Assembly: GCA_040954595.2 (NCBI GenBank)
Contig: CM082582.2
Location: 8,452,425 to 8,516,424 of the forward strand
Source: Balanoglossus misakiensis
Taxonomy: Eukaryota > Animalia > Hemichordata
DNA: 64,000 bases
Direction of reading: 5' to 3'
Shown here: piece after piece, positions 13,301 to 33,384 of the stretch
How positions within the stretch are numbered: the first letter of the stretch is position 1
Layout of the letters: every line of letters begins with the position of its first letter
Position numbers and translations under genes: made by a program
Notes under the pieces: model-generated
The model's input: the letters and a program-made list of their open reading frames with translations, nothing else
Databases searched by the model: none
Told to the model about the DNA's origin: nothing

Positions 13301-15628
13301 TTTTTCCATCGAACAAGATATTCTGTTTTCCCTTTCCTGTTTCTTCTTTTAGCGAGTATTTTATCCACCTATTGGAGAAACACACGAGATATGTCATATT
13401 TTTTTCCTGTTTGGAGCTGTATACAACTGGTGCTAGGAAACTCATGTCTCAGTGCAAACCCTAGCAATGGAAAGATTAAAGTACATGTACTTCATCCATT
13501 AGTTCATGACATAAGTGGTCCTTATCATTCAAGGAAGTTGTCAAATGAAGTTCCTCTTTTAGTTTAAATACCTTTTGTGTTTGTGAACAGTCTGTTAACA
13601 GTCTCATAGACACATGGACTACATACACATATTATCACTTGTTTTTTCCATTTCTCTTTCTTACGTAAACTCCAATGTCAGGCAGAAATTCAAATGACAG
13701 TATATTAACCCAATTATGATTATGCAAACACAACAAGCAAATTAATTTCTTGTGATATTCTGGAAATGACTTCATCGTTATGCAACTTCCGTTCACTTAT
13801 ATACTTTTCAATTCATCTGAAACCACATTATTTCTTTTATGAAATTCTCCCCTTTTATACCATGTTAATGGCAAATTATCAGTCCAATGACATGCATACA
13901 TAGTACTGAATAAACGCTGTTTTGTCCTATACCGGCCTTTCATAGAATTTCTAAAGCAATTTGGCAGTCTGTTTCTATAGACAATTCGGAGATCTTGTAT
14001 TGAAATGCGTAAGGGCCCTGAGAGATAACAACTGCAATCATAGGCACACTGATTGAGAACTTTTTTCACAAAAGCTGGCTATGTTTAAAAGGTCACTAAA
14101 CCAAGGCATGGCCTTAAAATACTTCTCTATAAAATCCTACAGCAAACTGGAGATCTTTTGTAAATGAAACTACATGTAGTGCAAATTATGATACCGTTTT
14201 AAATGCTTATAATTAGTTTACATCATGCGCAGAGGACTTAATCTAATAAACAAAGCTCACAACTTTGATTATTCAAATTTGAAAACTAATTATTTGGGAT
14301 CAGATCAGCATAATCATCCAAACCAACAAGCACTTCTGCTTTCACATCAAAATGAAAATAGATCTGATCATTTATATACTTAAAGTGTAAGAGTGTTAGA
14401 GTGGTCTGTTCCGTTATAACAAATAGTAATTAGGTGTTTGCAGGACTCTAGAATATAAATTTCTATCAAGCTGCATTCCACACCTCATTTCTGGAGCCAC
14501 ATTCCATAATGATGTCTTTATGTCATTCATTGTGGCTTAACAATAGAAGTTATGATTAGTTACTAAGTGTTTAACCACAGTAACCTTGGTTTAACCCTTT
14601 GTGGTTTCCCATGTTACAGGGTCAATTTATTTAAACAAATTTGACAGAGCATATTTTGCTAACAGTGAAATATTTCTGGCCTACAGTAAAAAAAAATAGA
14701 ATTGGATATATTAAAACGTGATTTTTACATCATTTTCGTTATGATTTGAGAAGCATTGAACTTTTACAGCCTGCTGACTGACAGCGACTGTACCTTGGTA
14801 ACACTTTTTTTTATAAATGGTTTGCCATTTGGATCTCCTAAAAACAATCGATAACAGCTGTTCTAGAAAAGTGCCCCGGATTGTTCTGTGAACCAAAAAT
14901 GGGACTAAATGCTAACAACCTGGGAAAGCGTTGCGCGTTCCTTCGGTTTGTTGGACGCCTGCGCTGCTGAAATGAACACTCCGTGAAATAAACATCGATC
15001 GAGTTGACAAGCTTGAACAACTTATTGTGAGGTAATTTGCATGATTTTACTATCTCATTCAATCAGCTCAAGATGCGTACTGCATGTTACTACCTTTGTT
15101 GTAGACTGTCATCTCCGCATGGTGGTTTGCGGTACGCGTTAATCGGAATACTTCATGGGGGTCGGAAAAAGTGGAAAATACTCGTAAACCATATTTTTAT
15201 ACCAACGTCAATACTATAAATATAATGTGCTTAAAAATATAAAACTGTCACAAAACAGAAAGTTGTTTGACAGCGTGAGATACTGCGGGTCATTAATTAT
15301 GAAAATCGGACATCCAGGTAAAATCATTTCATAACCATCGTACGGGTATAGTATGCCGCGCGTAAATGGTGTGCCGACGTACGACGTGTTACATATAGCT
15401 GAATGATTGCCTGTGCAAGCGAGGCGATGCCCGGCCCGGTTACACAGTATGGAAGAACGATGGTGCTAACGGTGGTAACACTTGAAAGTACGGCGATCAG
15501 ATGCAACAGCGTACAAAATCAAATATCTCGGATTTGAATTCAATCGGATTTCATGACAATCAAGCTGTTTTAAGCGCTAAAAAAACCATGATAAATCTTA
15601 CTTCGTAAACTTCCGCAGAGACCGCCAT
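10349..15628 (-). CDS. CDYL: Chromodomain Y-like protein (chromodomain plus crotonase-fold CoA pocket)
   Basis: Exon 1 (15602-15628) MAVSAEVYE splices to [24 protein letters not shown]...TWEP (chromodomain, Y/W/Y aromatic cage intact). A basic/acidic linker follows, then [67 protein letters not shown]. Stop at 10349. Confidence 0.95.
10887..10944. repeat. (ACAT)n microsatellite in a CDYL intron
   Basis: About 14 tandem ACAT units. Confidence 0.95.
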
Positions 15629-15724
15629 TTTCCCTGACTTCGGCATTGATGGATCGACGCGTGCGCAGATTCGTCCCTTCAGCTTGTCCGTCGAAACTAA
15701 ACCACGCAAGCGCACACCACCATA
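15629..15724. promoter_or_regulatory. Very compact bidirectional promoter between CDYL and ECI2
   Basis: The two divergent start codons are 96 bp apart. The spacer is CpG-rich with GCGCA-type motifs, and a YY1-like CGCCATTTT overlaps the CDYL ATG. Confidence 0.75.
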
Positions 15725-18320
15725 ATGGCCGCCTTCAGACGACTCGGATGCTCTCCGGTGTTTTCAAATTTTGTACGAAATCGCAGGTAAGACTGGATGT
15801 CACGTAATAAAACAAAACACGATCGATCTTAGATTAATCAAAATACATCTCACACATTTGAACACGATATCTTGCCTTGACGTTTAAATAAAATGAAAAT
15901 GTACACGTACACATGTACATGTACATTTCCATTTGTTTACATCATACATGTAGTAATTTTTTTTCAGTGTGACTGTGTCAGTGGATAGTTATTCGTGTTT
16001 ATTATAGTAATTATGCATCTTATCTTGGCAATTGACAGAGTGCAGTTGATACGTCCACTGTTGACAAGTACAAGAGCAATGGGAGCCATTGATGCTGACT
16101 TCCAGAATGCCAAAGAGAAGTTGAATTCACTGAAGAATGACCCAGGCAATGAGGTCAAGCTGAAGATGTATGGATTATTCAAACAGGTACAGCAAGAACA
16201 TTGGCAATCACAATGACCCTTAACTCACACGATGGTGACATTACAATATGAATCCCGTATAAAACCAACACTTCATAATCTCTTCCAGGCGACTGTTGGA
16301 ACGTGCAATACAGGAAAGCCGTCTGCCTTTGATTTTGTCGGCAAGGCCAAATGGAATGCATGGAATAGTCTAGGACCTTTAACTCAGGTAAGATATCTTT
16401 GCACGTTAGTGTACACCTGATAGACAGACAGACAGTCAGCCCTCAAGTTCGTCGCAGGACCATATTTTCACATTCAAGTCTCTTTCTCTATTCTAGGATG
16501 ATGCCAAGAAACAATATGTTGATATTGTGAATGAGCTACTTGGTGCCGAGGGATCTGAAAGCGTTGAAACAGCAGCTCCTGGGGAATACCAAAGTATCAA
16601 ATACAAAGTAGAAGATGGTCTCTGCACTATATTGCTGAATAGGCCCCAGAAGAAAAATGCAATTACTTTAGAGGTAAGGTAAAAGAATGCATCTCTTTAG
16701 AAAGGTACTCAGATAGACTAAGGTTTGGCCACATTGGTATATGAATTAGGAACCATAGTAATGCCATGTTTTGGTCCAAATCCATTGTTTTCTATGGTGA
16801 AGTTGGACCTCTGCAAAGTGAATTGGGGGTGGAAGGGTTCAACAGCCACTGGAGCTGCCTGCATAGTGGCTTCCAGTACATAACCCTGACTCACTGCCTC
16901 CAATTACCTGATTTATTTCAGATGTATGGTGAGATTGGAGATGCACTGAATGCAGCCGGTAGCGATCCAAACGTAGTGGTGGCTGTCATTACAGGTAATT
17001 AAATAAACACACTTCTCATTGTGAGAACATTCCTCACAGTTTGTCTCCCACTTTAAAAAATATTCCTTCTTTCCGCAACATAGGTGCTGGGGATTACTAT
17101 TGTTCGGGAAACGACCTTGGGAATTTCATGAACGTACCAATGGATAAATTGAAGGAGTTTGCTGTCAAAGGAGGAGAAGTCCTCGAGTAAGGTTCATTTG
17201 ACTATTTTCAATTATGAGAGTAGACAAAAGTACTTTTTGATACATTTTCAAGAACCAAAGGATTCCAAGGATTTGACAGAGTCAGGCCTCTCTTAGACTG
17301 ATAGAATTACTTTTCTGTACATTCTCTTTACTTACAGGAAGTTTGTTGGCAGCTTTATAGACTTTCCGAAGCCCTTGATCGCTGCCATCAATGGCCCAGC
17401 TGTAGGAGTCTCCGTCAGTACGTTGTCATTGTGTGATGCAGTCTACTGCACGGACAGAGTAAGTGGAAAATAGCGCACTCTGGAGGCCAATGTGTTTTTT
17501 GAATGATGGATTCTCTGCTGTCTACATAGTGTTTCTTGATATTTTACACTAATATGCAGGGAACAACCCTCTGGACACTTGAAGAGTAATACATATTTTT
17601 TAAACTGATCTACAGGCTACATTCCATACGCCATTCACTGCACTGGGACAAAGCCCGGAAGGTTGTTCCTCCATTCTTTTCCCAAGAATCATGGGTCAAG
17701 GAAAGGTAAGCGTGAAGGGAGAAATAGTACTGTACTACTTATTTTGGGGGTAACAAGGAAAAAGTATATCCAAGCCAGTTTTATACTTGATGGAGTAGTC
17801 ATGAAGTTTAGTACTCATCTCAGATGTGCTTCCATTCCAACATCACAGGCAAATGAGATGCTGTTGTTTGGGAAGAAGATAACTGCAGCCGAGGCCTGTG
17901 AGAGAGGATTGGTGGCGGAGGTCTTCCCGGACAGTGAATTTCAGAGTCAAGTTCAGAAGAAAATCAAGGAGTATGCAACTCTACCAAAGAATGTAAGTCT
18001 TGATTTCAGAATATAACTTTCAAAATATCCTTCACCGTTGCATTCATGTATTGTGTGTACTATAATCTAATTTTGAAAACTTGAAGGATAGCATTAAAAG
18101 ATTTAAATATTTAAAACTTGTCTTCACAAAGTAATGTAGATTTTTTTGTGCATTTCATTTGCAGTCCCTGAAGTTGTCCAAGCAGCTGGTGCGTGGTATT
18201 GACAAGGAGCTTCTTCACAAAGTCAACAAAGAAGAGTGCGATCTGCTGGTCGAGAGGTGGACATCTGATGAATGTGCAACTGCGGTCATGAATTTCTTTG
18301 CCAGCAAGAGCAAACTTTGA
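15725..18320 (+). CDS. ECI2: Enoyl-CoA delta isomerase 2 (ACBP plus crotonase), likely dual mitochondrial/peroxisomal
   Basis: Arg-rich N-terminus MAAFRRLG...; ACBP domain ([14 protein letters not shown]...KAKWNAW); crotonase domain ([43 protein letters not shown]). Ends ...SKSKL*, a PTS1. Confidence 0.95.
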
Positions 18321-19152
18321 TGACAATTCTCACCAGCTATCATAGTGTTCTGTACAGGGTGTAATGATCTGTCATATCACTTACTCAAAAAACAAAACTA
18401 CCAATATCATTGGAAGGTATCCATCTATCCAACATGTGGAAGTAATACGTTTGGACTGAATTAGGACGTTATCGTTGTATTTATTAAACTGTTCCTGACA
18501 AATTATTTTGCAATGATTTTCTGCCTAAAGAAAGTACACCTGTAACATCAATGCAATTGTATTTTTATTGGAGTCTTATTGTTACAAATAAAAAAAATGG
18601 TGTAAATAGCATATTGCGATTGTATTTTCTTGTTTTTGTTGAGATTGAATGCAGAAAAGGAATACCAACACAGTGAAGGATAGCCATGCGTGCGTCCAGG
18701 TTCCAAAGTACATTATGTAAATGAGATGCACGTGTCATGCGAACTTTACAGGGACAAAGTTCAAAGGTTATGTTGATTAGATGAAGCTCTTCGACAAAAA
18801 GGCGAACGAATGCAGAGATCTGGAGAGGTTGTAGTCGTGTGATTACCAACAGGATCAGAAGCAGGTGAGCACAATGAGAGTTTAATGCTAGACCTTGTAC
18901 CTGAAGGTGTGTTTTTCCATGACATCGGTCGCGATCTCTGTGAATCCGTCACTGTCTAACAACCGACCGTTGATTTGAGGGCCTTTGCTGTGTACAATGT
19001 GTACAGCAGCTATGCACCTGTTAGTTTTGTAAGTGATCAGAGCAAATGCATTCCAGATAATTGGTAATATCTTCGTGTTTTTAACCACAGGTTAAACTAT
19101 TGAATGAGAGTGCAGATTTTAGGCCTGTCATTTACAAAGAGTGATATCACAA

Positions 19153-20941
19153 ATGGACCAAACCCCAAGAACCACAAGTGAAAGTCAGTTCATCAAATAC
19201 TCAGTCCAAGATGGTGTATGTACTATACTCCTGAACAGACCACGCAGAAAAAATGCATTCACTGTAGAGGTGAGGGAGAATTCACTCAAATATAATGCAT
19301 TTTGTGGTGAGGTCAAGAATTGACAGCACCTAACTCTATATCTGATTTACATCAAACTGATGGTAATTTCTCATAAGTATATTTATATTTCAGATGTTCA
19401 TAGAGACAACAGACATGTTGAACACAGCTGCCAAAGATCCCAATGTTATAGTCACTGTCCTCACAGGTAAGGATACAAACTAGTATGGTACAAGTATATA
19501 CAATCAAGTATTCAAATGAATGCATATTTGCATTAATTTGCATGTTAAGGTAAATCTCAGTCTTAAACCTTTCCCATATTGCTCAACAATGTTTTCCTGA
19601 TTTTTACAGGTACTGGTGAGTACTTCAGTTCTGGCAATGATCTTGGTAATATGATGAATGTGAAAATGACGGATGATATGGAAACCACACTAGCAAAGGG
19701 ACTTGGTGTAATAGAGTAGGTCATACATTTCATTTGTACCAACATATGCAATAATAACAGAACCATGATCTCTGCCTTGTACAGAAGGTAATTGTTTTCA
19801 CTTGTGGTGAAAGCCTTAAATCAAGATGTAATCCAGGTCTAAAATAGCCTATACTTTTCTGTTTTCTCGCACAGGCGTTTTGTTGCAGCATTTATAGATT
19901 TTCCGAAACCGCTGATTGCTGCAGTCAATGGCCCTGCTTTGGGTATTGCAGTAACACTCTTGGCGTTGTGTGATGTAGTTTATTGCTCCGACAAAGTGAG
20001 TATAAAGAAGCGCCTTCTGTATTTCTGATTGACATACAATGATACATGTATATTGCATGTCCAGAAAACTATAATATCCAACCCTCTGATATTCATAATA
20101 CCGGTATGTAAACAAAATATTTTTTTTTGGTTTGGTTGTCTGCAGAAGTTTTGCACAGATACATGGGTGTTACAATCTGCAATTAGTATAGCTTGCAAAT
20201 ATTTTTTCTTCTTCTTGCTCTTGCAGGCCACATTCAGAACACCATTTATTTCACTAGGACAAAGCCCTGAAGGTTGTTCCACTGTGCTCTTTCCAAGGAT
20301 CATGGGACAAGTGAAGGTACGTAGTGCGTGGTTTTTGTGGTGGTTTCAGTGGGAGACTTTCAATATAGTCCCTATATATGGGTCAAACCTTGTTTGCCAT
20401 ATTGCATATATCAGTCTATTGGTCCATTTTATATTCACAGGCAAATGAGATGCTGTTGTTTGGGAAGAAGATAACTGCAGTCGAAGCCTGTGAAAGAGGA
20501 TTGGTGGCGGAAGTCTTCCCGGACAGTGAATTTCAGAGTCAAGTCCAGAAAAAAATCAAGGAATATGCAGCTCTACCAAAGAATGTAAGTAATAGTAATA
20601 AACTGTAGATGTACATATATTCTTCACATTTCAGTAACCAGATCAAACTAAACTTTATGAGTTATCCTATCCAACATTTTTGCCTTTTGTTTCCAGAGAG
20701 ATTGAAGATAAGAATAGGACAAACAGATGTTAATATTTCAAGAGAAGTATTTCACATATATTAATTTATCACTTTGTTTCCACAGTCTCTGATGTATTCC
20801 AAGCAGCTGGTGCGCGGTGTGGACAAAGATTTACTGCACAAAGCCAACAAGCAAGAAATAGAATTGCTGAAAGAGAGGGTTACGTCGGAAGAGTGCATGG
20901 AAGCAGTCATGAATTTCTTCACCAGGAAAAGCAAACTTTGA
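19153..20941 (+). CDS. ECI2-like tandem paralog, crotonase domain only, with PTS1
   Basis: MDQTPRTT...[45 protein letters not shown], ending RKSKL*. Same intron positions as ECI2; no ACBP exons. Probable non-coding first exon (donor near 18865, acceptor near 19090). Confidence 0.88.
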
Positions 20942-21561
20942 AAACAAAAAACACACTCAGGACTTCTACACAGTGACAGAGTATTAATCTTTCAAAAGAC
21001 AATGTCTTGCACTCATAACATAAGATTCAACCCTCCCTGATCCGAATACTGCACTATTAATAAAGGACCATGACCTCAATAACATAAAGCTTATACAATG
21101 TCATTTTAAAATCGCCAATTTTTGACTAATGTCATGTGTGTATTCAGATGGAACATTTTGTATACCGACAGTGACGTTTCCATGAATGTTTAGAAATATA
21201 ACACTATTCTCATAAAACCCAACTTGCCTACCAATTTATTCTCTACAAGACTATGCTGAACCTCGTCCACAGTACACATAATAACCAAATACTTATTCAC
21301 ATGCCCTGTTATTTTAGTTTAATATGATCAATTGCTGGAATCGTAATTTAACTAAATGAAAACTGAAGAGTCCTTGCCATATATATTATTTCAGAGCAAC
21401 TGATGGCCTCTGTTATAGGACTAATTGACAACAAGTTCACTCAGATATCCATACATATTCTTATTATCTTAGAGGTATATGAAGAGGAAAAAAATGTAAA
21501 CCGTGAACTTCATGTGGTCATGCATTCGTACTGTTTACAGGACTCTAGAACTTGGTCTCGT

Positions 21562-24978
<3,417 letters not shown>

Positions 24979-26007
24979 TTCAGTATGGTCACCTGTGCTC
25001 TGAAGTGTCTAAAGCTGTCGCACCTAACCACCCAATACTTTTATATGCAGTTACTTTCCATAAATTTGCATACTGCTATTGGCTATTTCGAGAATTTTGA
25101 TTGATACATCTCTGATTTGGCATTACAACGTTTAAGCCCAAAACTACATCATTTTGGACATATTCGGTGTCTTCAGGTGAAAATACCCACACGGAAGTCT
25201 ATGCATGACCGCATTTGGTCTGATAAGCTCAAAAAGCCATGTAATCCTTGGTGAAAGAGTTTGATGAAAATGTACTCAACAGATTCATATCCCAAGGTAA
25301 AAATAACTAGAGTCACAGATGCAGAAATCAATAAACAATCACAGGTGGTAAACATGAATTTTCACAGCTGCAAAGACAAGTCTCCTCTTTCACCAAGCTG
25401 TGCTGTTCTCGTTCTGCCCCTATCGTTTTTCATCAGGGTCAGCAGGCTTTTCAAATACTGTCAGCTGTGAGTGAATTGTAAAGGCGTCTTATTTGGGATA
25501 AAAGTTGGAGAAAAAGAAAACTGTATACAAACTGTTACAATTCAAAGATCTTTATTGAATTTTTTTACACAAAGAAAAAAAATCAATTTTGATGATCCCC
25601 TTAGACAGTTTCGGTTGTTCAGTGTGAACTATAAACATAGACACCCCCACCATATCCTTAGCCCCTGCACAATCAGATGCGGACACCCAGTCTGGTCAAG
25701 TGTAGTAGTTACGGTTTCAAAGAGGTTCTTTCAATTCTGGCGAGCTTGTTTGGGAGGTGTTCAGGAGTTTAAATACTTCAAGCAGTAAATATTCAGCTTC
25801 TGAATAAAATGAAATTTAGGAGCACATATCTAGATCAGCCATTTCAGTTGAAAAAAAGCCAAGGTAGATTTCACAGAAACTGGGGCCACATATTGTATGG
25901 AAAGAAGAAGCAAGACATTTAAGTTAGTGTGACTGGTGTTATCTGATGAAAACAAGATGAATCCCAAAAGATTTTCCCCCACTTGTGCGCGTTTCACACG
26001 GATCTTC

Positions 26008-29983
<3,976 letters not shown>

Positions 29984-30458
29984 GGTGGCTGTGTAGGTGT
30001 TCACACTCTGTCTGTCTGTATCGAAAGAGGTTGCATGTGGCCATTCAACGGGTTATATATGTGCCGGGTAGTTTACATAAAATTTGCATTTTGCTTTATA
30101 GTCTTCTTCTATTGGTCAGCGGAATCCTATACGATTTCATTAATAATAGCAGTGATGTACGTATAATTTCATGCGGTCGGGTACACACATGAGAAGCAAG
30201 AAATATAATATTCCTTGGTAATTCTAGTCTGCCAACTTTTATAAAACGGCTGATGCCAGAATAAATAGCCAAAATGGTACTGCTTAGCCTGAGCGACAGA
30301 CATTTTAATTGGCCTTGATTCCGCCTGCGACGCAATACTCAGCCAATGAAACGAACTTTAACATGATGTGATGACTTCACCATCACATGACCTTTTCATC
30401 ACGGCCATTTTGGATGAAAATCAGGTCTGGAGTCTCCGAAAAATTATATCAATAGAAA
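29984..30458. promoter_or_regulatory. Divergent promoter region between AHCY and ATP6V0D1
   Basis: 475 bp between start codons. TATA-like element near 30052-30060 on the AHCY side, CCAAT boxes near 30111, 30309 and 30342, M-box TCACATGAC at 30383-30391, YY1-like GCCATTTT near 30403. Confidence 0.6.
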
Positions 30459-33384
30459 ATGTCGTTGGCGGAGCTTTATTTCAACGTGGACAACGGGTAT
30501 TTGGAAGGATTAGTTAGGGGTTTTAAAGGTGGTATCCTCACACAGACAGATTACCTAAATTTAATCCAATGTGAGACGCTAGAAGGTAAGTTATTTTCCG
30601 AAACCCTGTGATCAATGATAAACCCAGTAATGCATGTCTGTACAAAGGTACTACCAGCATAACATGATAGAGATGATGTTATAAATCCAATCGAACAAGA
30701 CCCAGTGGTGTTCTGAACAAAGATATATTCAGTTTACGTTGTATACCATCGATTTGGATCATAACCAGAATAAAGATTATGTGAACAAGTACATCTGCAT
30801 AAAAGATTGAAGGCCATATAAGAACAAGCCGAATCATGTCGATTGCATATACAATTTGGATCCTTATATTTTCGCCCAAATGCGAGACAATTATTATATA
30901 ACATTCAAATATATATTGGACTTTTATAAAAACGTCTCAGCATTCTCTGATAACAGTGACTGCTGACAGATTTGGTGTATACATAGACCCTTTCTCTAGG
31001 GTCTATGGTGTATATTGTTAATAAATATTTCTGACAAAATCTGATGTTACTCTGCTTGTCATACTTAATATTGGCTATTTTCACTTTTACAGATTTAAAA
31101 CTGCATCTTGCAAGCACTGACTATGGTCATTTCCTTGCAAACGAGCCATCACCACTAACAGTGTCAGTCATTGATGACAAGCTGAAGGAGAAACTGGTTG
31201 TTGAATTCCAACATATCAGGAATCATGCATATGAACCTCTTTCCACATTCCTTGATTTCATAACGTAAGTTTCAGACTCAACCCTTTCACCCCCCCCCCC
31301 CCCCCCCACCAGTTCCCTCAGTACGGGGAGGGGGGGGGGGGTAATGAATGATAATGAGTCTGTTTGTCGATATATGCAGGCGGTGAAATACCCTCACCTT
31401 TGATCATGTTCACATCCTGCATATGTATGGGTGATTAACCTGCAGTTTCAACATCAAATGAGGCATGGTGGCTTAGACAGTCAAACCTGTCTATAACTGC
31501 CAGTCAAGGGACTTCCCGAAACTACTTTATATAGAGTTAGAAAGGTGACCGGTCAGGTACCAGTAAGGAAATTGCACAGGGGCTGTAACAAAGTGGTCAC
31601 TATAGACAAGTTTCCACGATATACAGAGATGGCCACCAGCACAGGTTTGACTGTACTTGTGCCTTTGTTCACTTTCCCTGTACACAAGTACCCTGTGACT
31701 TCGATTTGGAAAGAGATGTTTGAAACCAGTAGATTTTACATGTACCATTGTCAGTGCTCCATCATAACTTAGACCTTCCGTTTATCACCAATAAACAGGT
31801 ACAGCTACATGATTGACAATATAATTCTGCTAATCACGGGAACTCTACATCAGCGTGCAATATCCGAATTGATCCCCAAGTGTCACCCTCTGGGAAGTTT
31901 TGAGCAAATGGAAGCTGTCAACATTGCAGCCACTCCAGCTGAGCTCTACAATGCTATCCTGGTAGACACCCCTCTTGGTGAGTGTTTCAGGTTCTGAATT
32001 ACACCCAAACATGGCTGGAGATACAGACCGCTGATATCAAAATTTCATGTTGCACTATACGTCTGTATCACCTTGCCTTGATTGATTCATAGTTTTCTCT
32101 CTGTTCCACAGCCCCATTCTTCCAAGACTGCATTTCAGAACAGGATCTCGACGAGATGAACATTGAGATCATCAGAAATACGCTGTACAAGGCCTACTTG
32201 GAGGGATTCTATAAGTTCTGCAAAGGGTTGGGTGGTGCTACGGCCGACGTCATGTGTGAGGTGCTTGCTGTAAGTATCAAGGCCTGAAAGCATACAGTTC
32301 TGTTTCTAACCCGTTGAATCATTGCAATATAACAAAAAATGCTGAAAAAATCTGATATTTTTTAATGTTGTCTTACTTGATTATTTTTTTTCAGTTTGAA
32401 GCAGATCGTAGAGCCATCATCATCACCATTAATTCCTTTGGCACTGAACTGACCAAAGACGACAGAGCCAAGCTATACCCAAGATGTGGTAAACTCTACC
32501 CTGATGGCTTGGCAGGTTTGGCCCGAGCAGATGATTATGACCAAGTCAGAGCTATCGCTGACTACTATGCGGTAAGATGCAACGTTCATATGTTTTCTCA
32601 TAACCCAAAGTAGTCTGGTGTTTTAAGAATAGCAGGTAGCAATGGGCAGTTGCTGAGATAGACAGGGTTTACTATGAGAGAAAACGAAATGACATTTCAC
32701 TAAAATACACTGCAGATACTCCATTGGTGTATTTATAAATTTTTTTGAGAGAAGTGTCTATTCAATTTATTGCATTGATTTCTAAATTCGTTTATGAACT
32801 GTTGTGAAAGATGCATATGTATGAGACATTGTCGGACACACAATGTGATGTTTCTTGTTTTATTTTTGACAGGAATACAGACAGCTGTTTGAGGGTGCAG
32901 GCAACAACCCTGGCGATAAAACCCTGGAAGACAAATTCTTTGAACATGAGGTGAGTGGTGTGGTAATCACAGGAAATGCCTGGAATTAGACTTTGGATAG
33001 ACATGTTTTGTCACACACAACTCATTGTGCGAAAGAACAATTACCAGATGAATTAGATTACAGTGAGTTGTTGAAACAATAGGTGTTCCAGCTATTCCTT
33101 CCTTTTGCCAGCTATTGGGCTATACAAGTAATTCTACTTTCACAAAGCTAGTTGAAGTCACTGTCTTTCTATATACCACAGACAATTAAACATTGCTTCC
33201 TGTTTGTTGTCTTCTCCAGGTGAAACTCAACGTGTATGCCTTCCTGCAGCAGTTCCACTTTGGGATCTTCTACGCCTGGGTCAAACTGAAAGAGCAGGAA
33301 TGCCGGAATGTTGTGTGGATCGCTGAGTGCATCGCGCAGGGCCAGAGGGGCAAAATCGATAGTTACATACAGATTCTAGAATAA
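30459..33384 (+). CDS. ATP6V0D1: V-type proton ATPase V0 subunit d
   Basis: [23 protein letters not shown]...[80 protein letters not shown]. Stop at 33384. Confidence 0.97.
30982..31007. mobile_element. 26-bp CATAGAC...GTCTATG palindrome with perfect 7-bp target-site duplication
   Basis: gtgtata|catagaccct ttctct agggtctatg|gtgtata. Confidence 0.7.
31478..31653. mobile_element. Tc1/mariner (pogo/Tigger-type) MITE in an ATP6V0D1 intron
   Basis: Perfect 13-bp terminal inverted repeats CAGTCAAACCTGT ... ACAGGTTTGACTG. TA follows the right end; GA precedes the left end (decayed TA duplication). Non-coding interior. Confidence 0.7.

Noticed and set aside
31288-31342. Poly-C followed by poly-G as a hairpin or G-quadruplex
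   Set aside because: Simple homopolymer runs recur throughout the window (for example near 2373, 29400 and 38514) and their lengths are error-prone.
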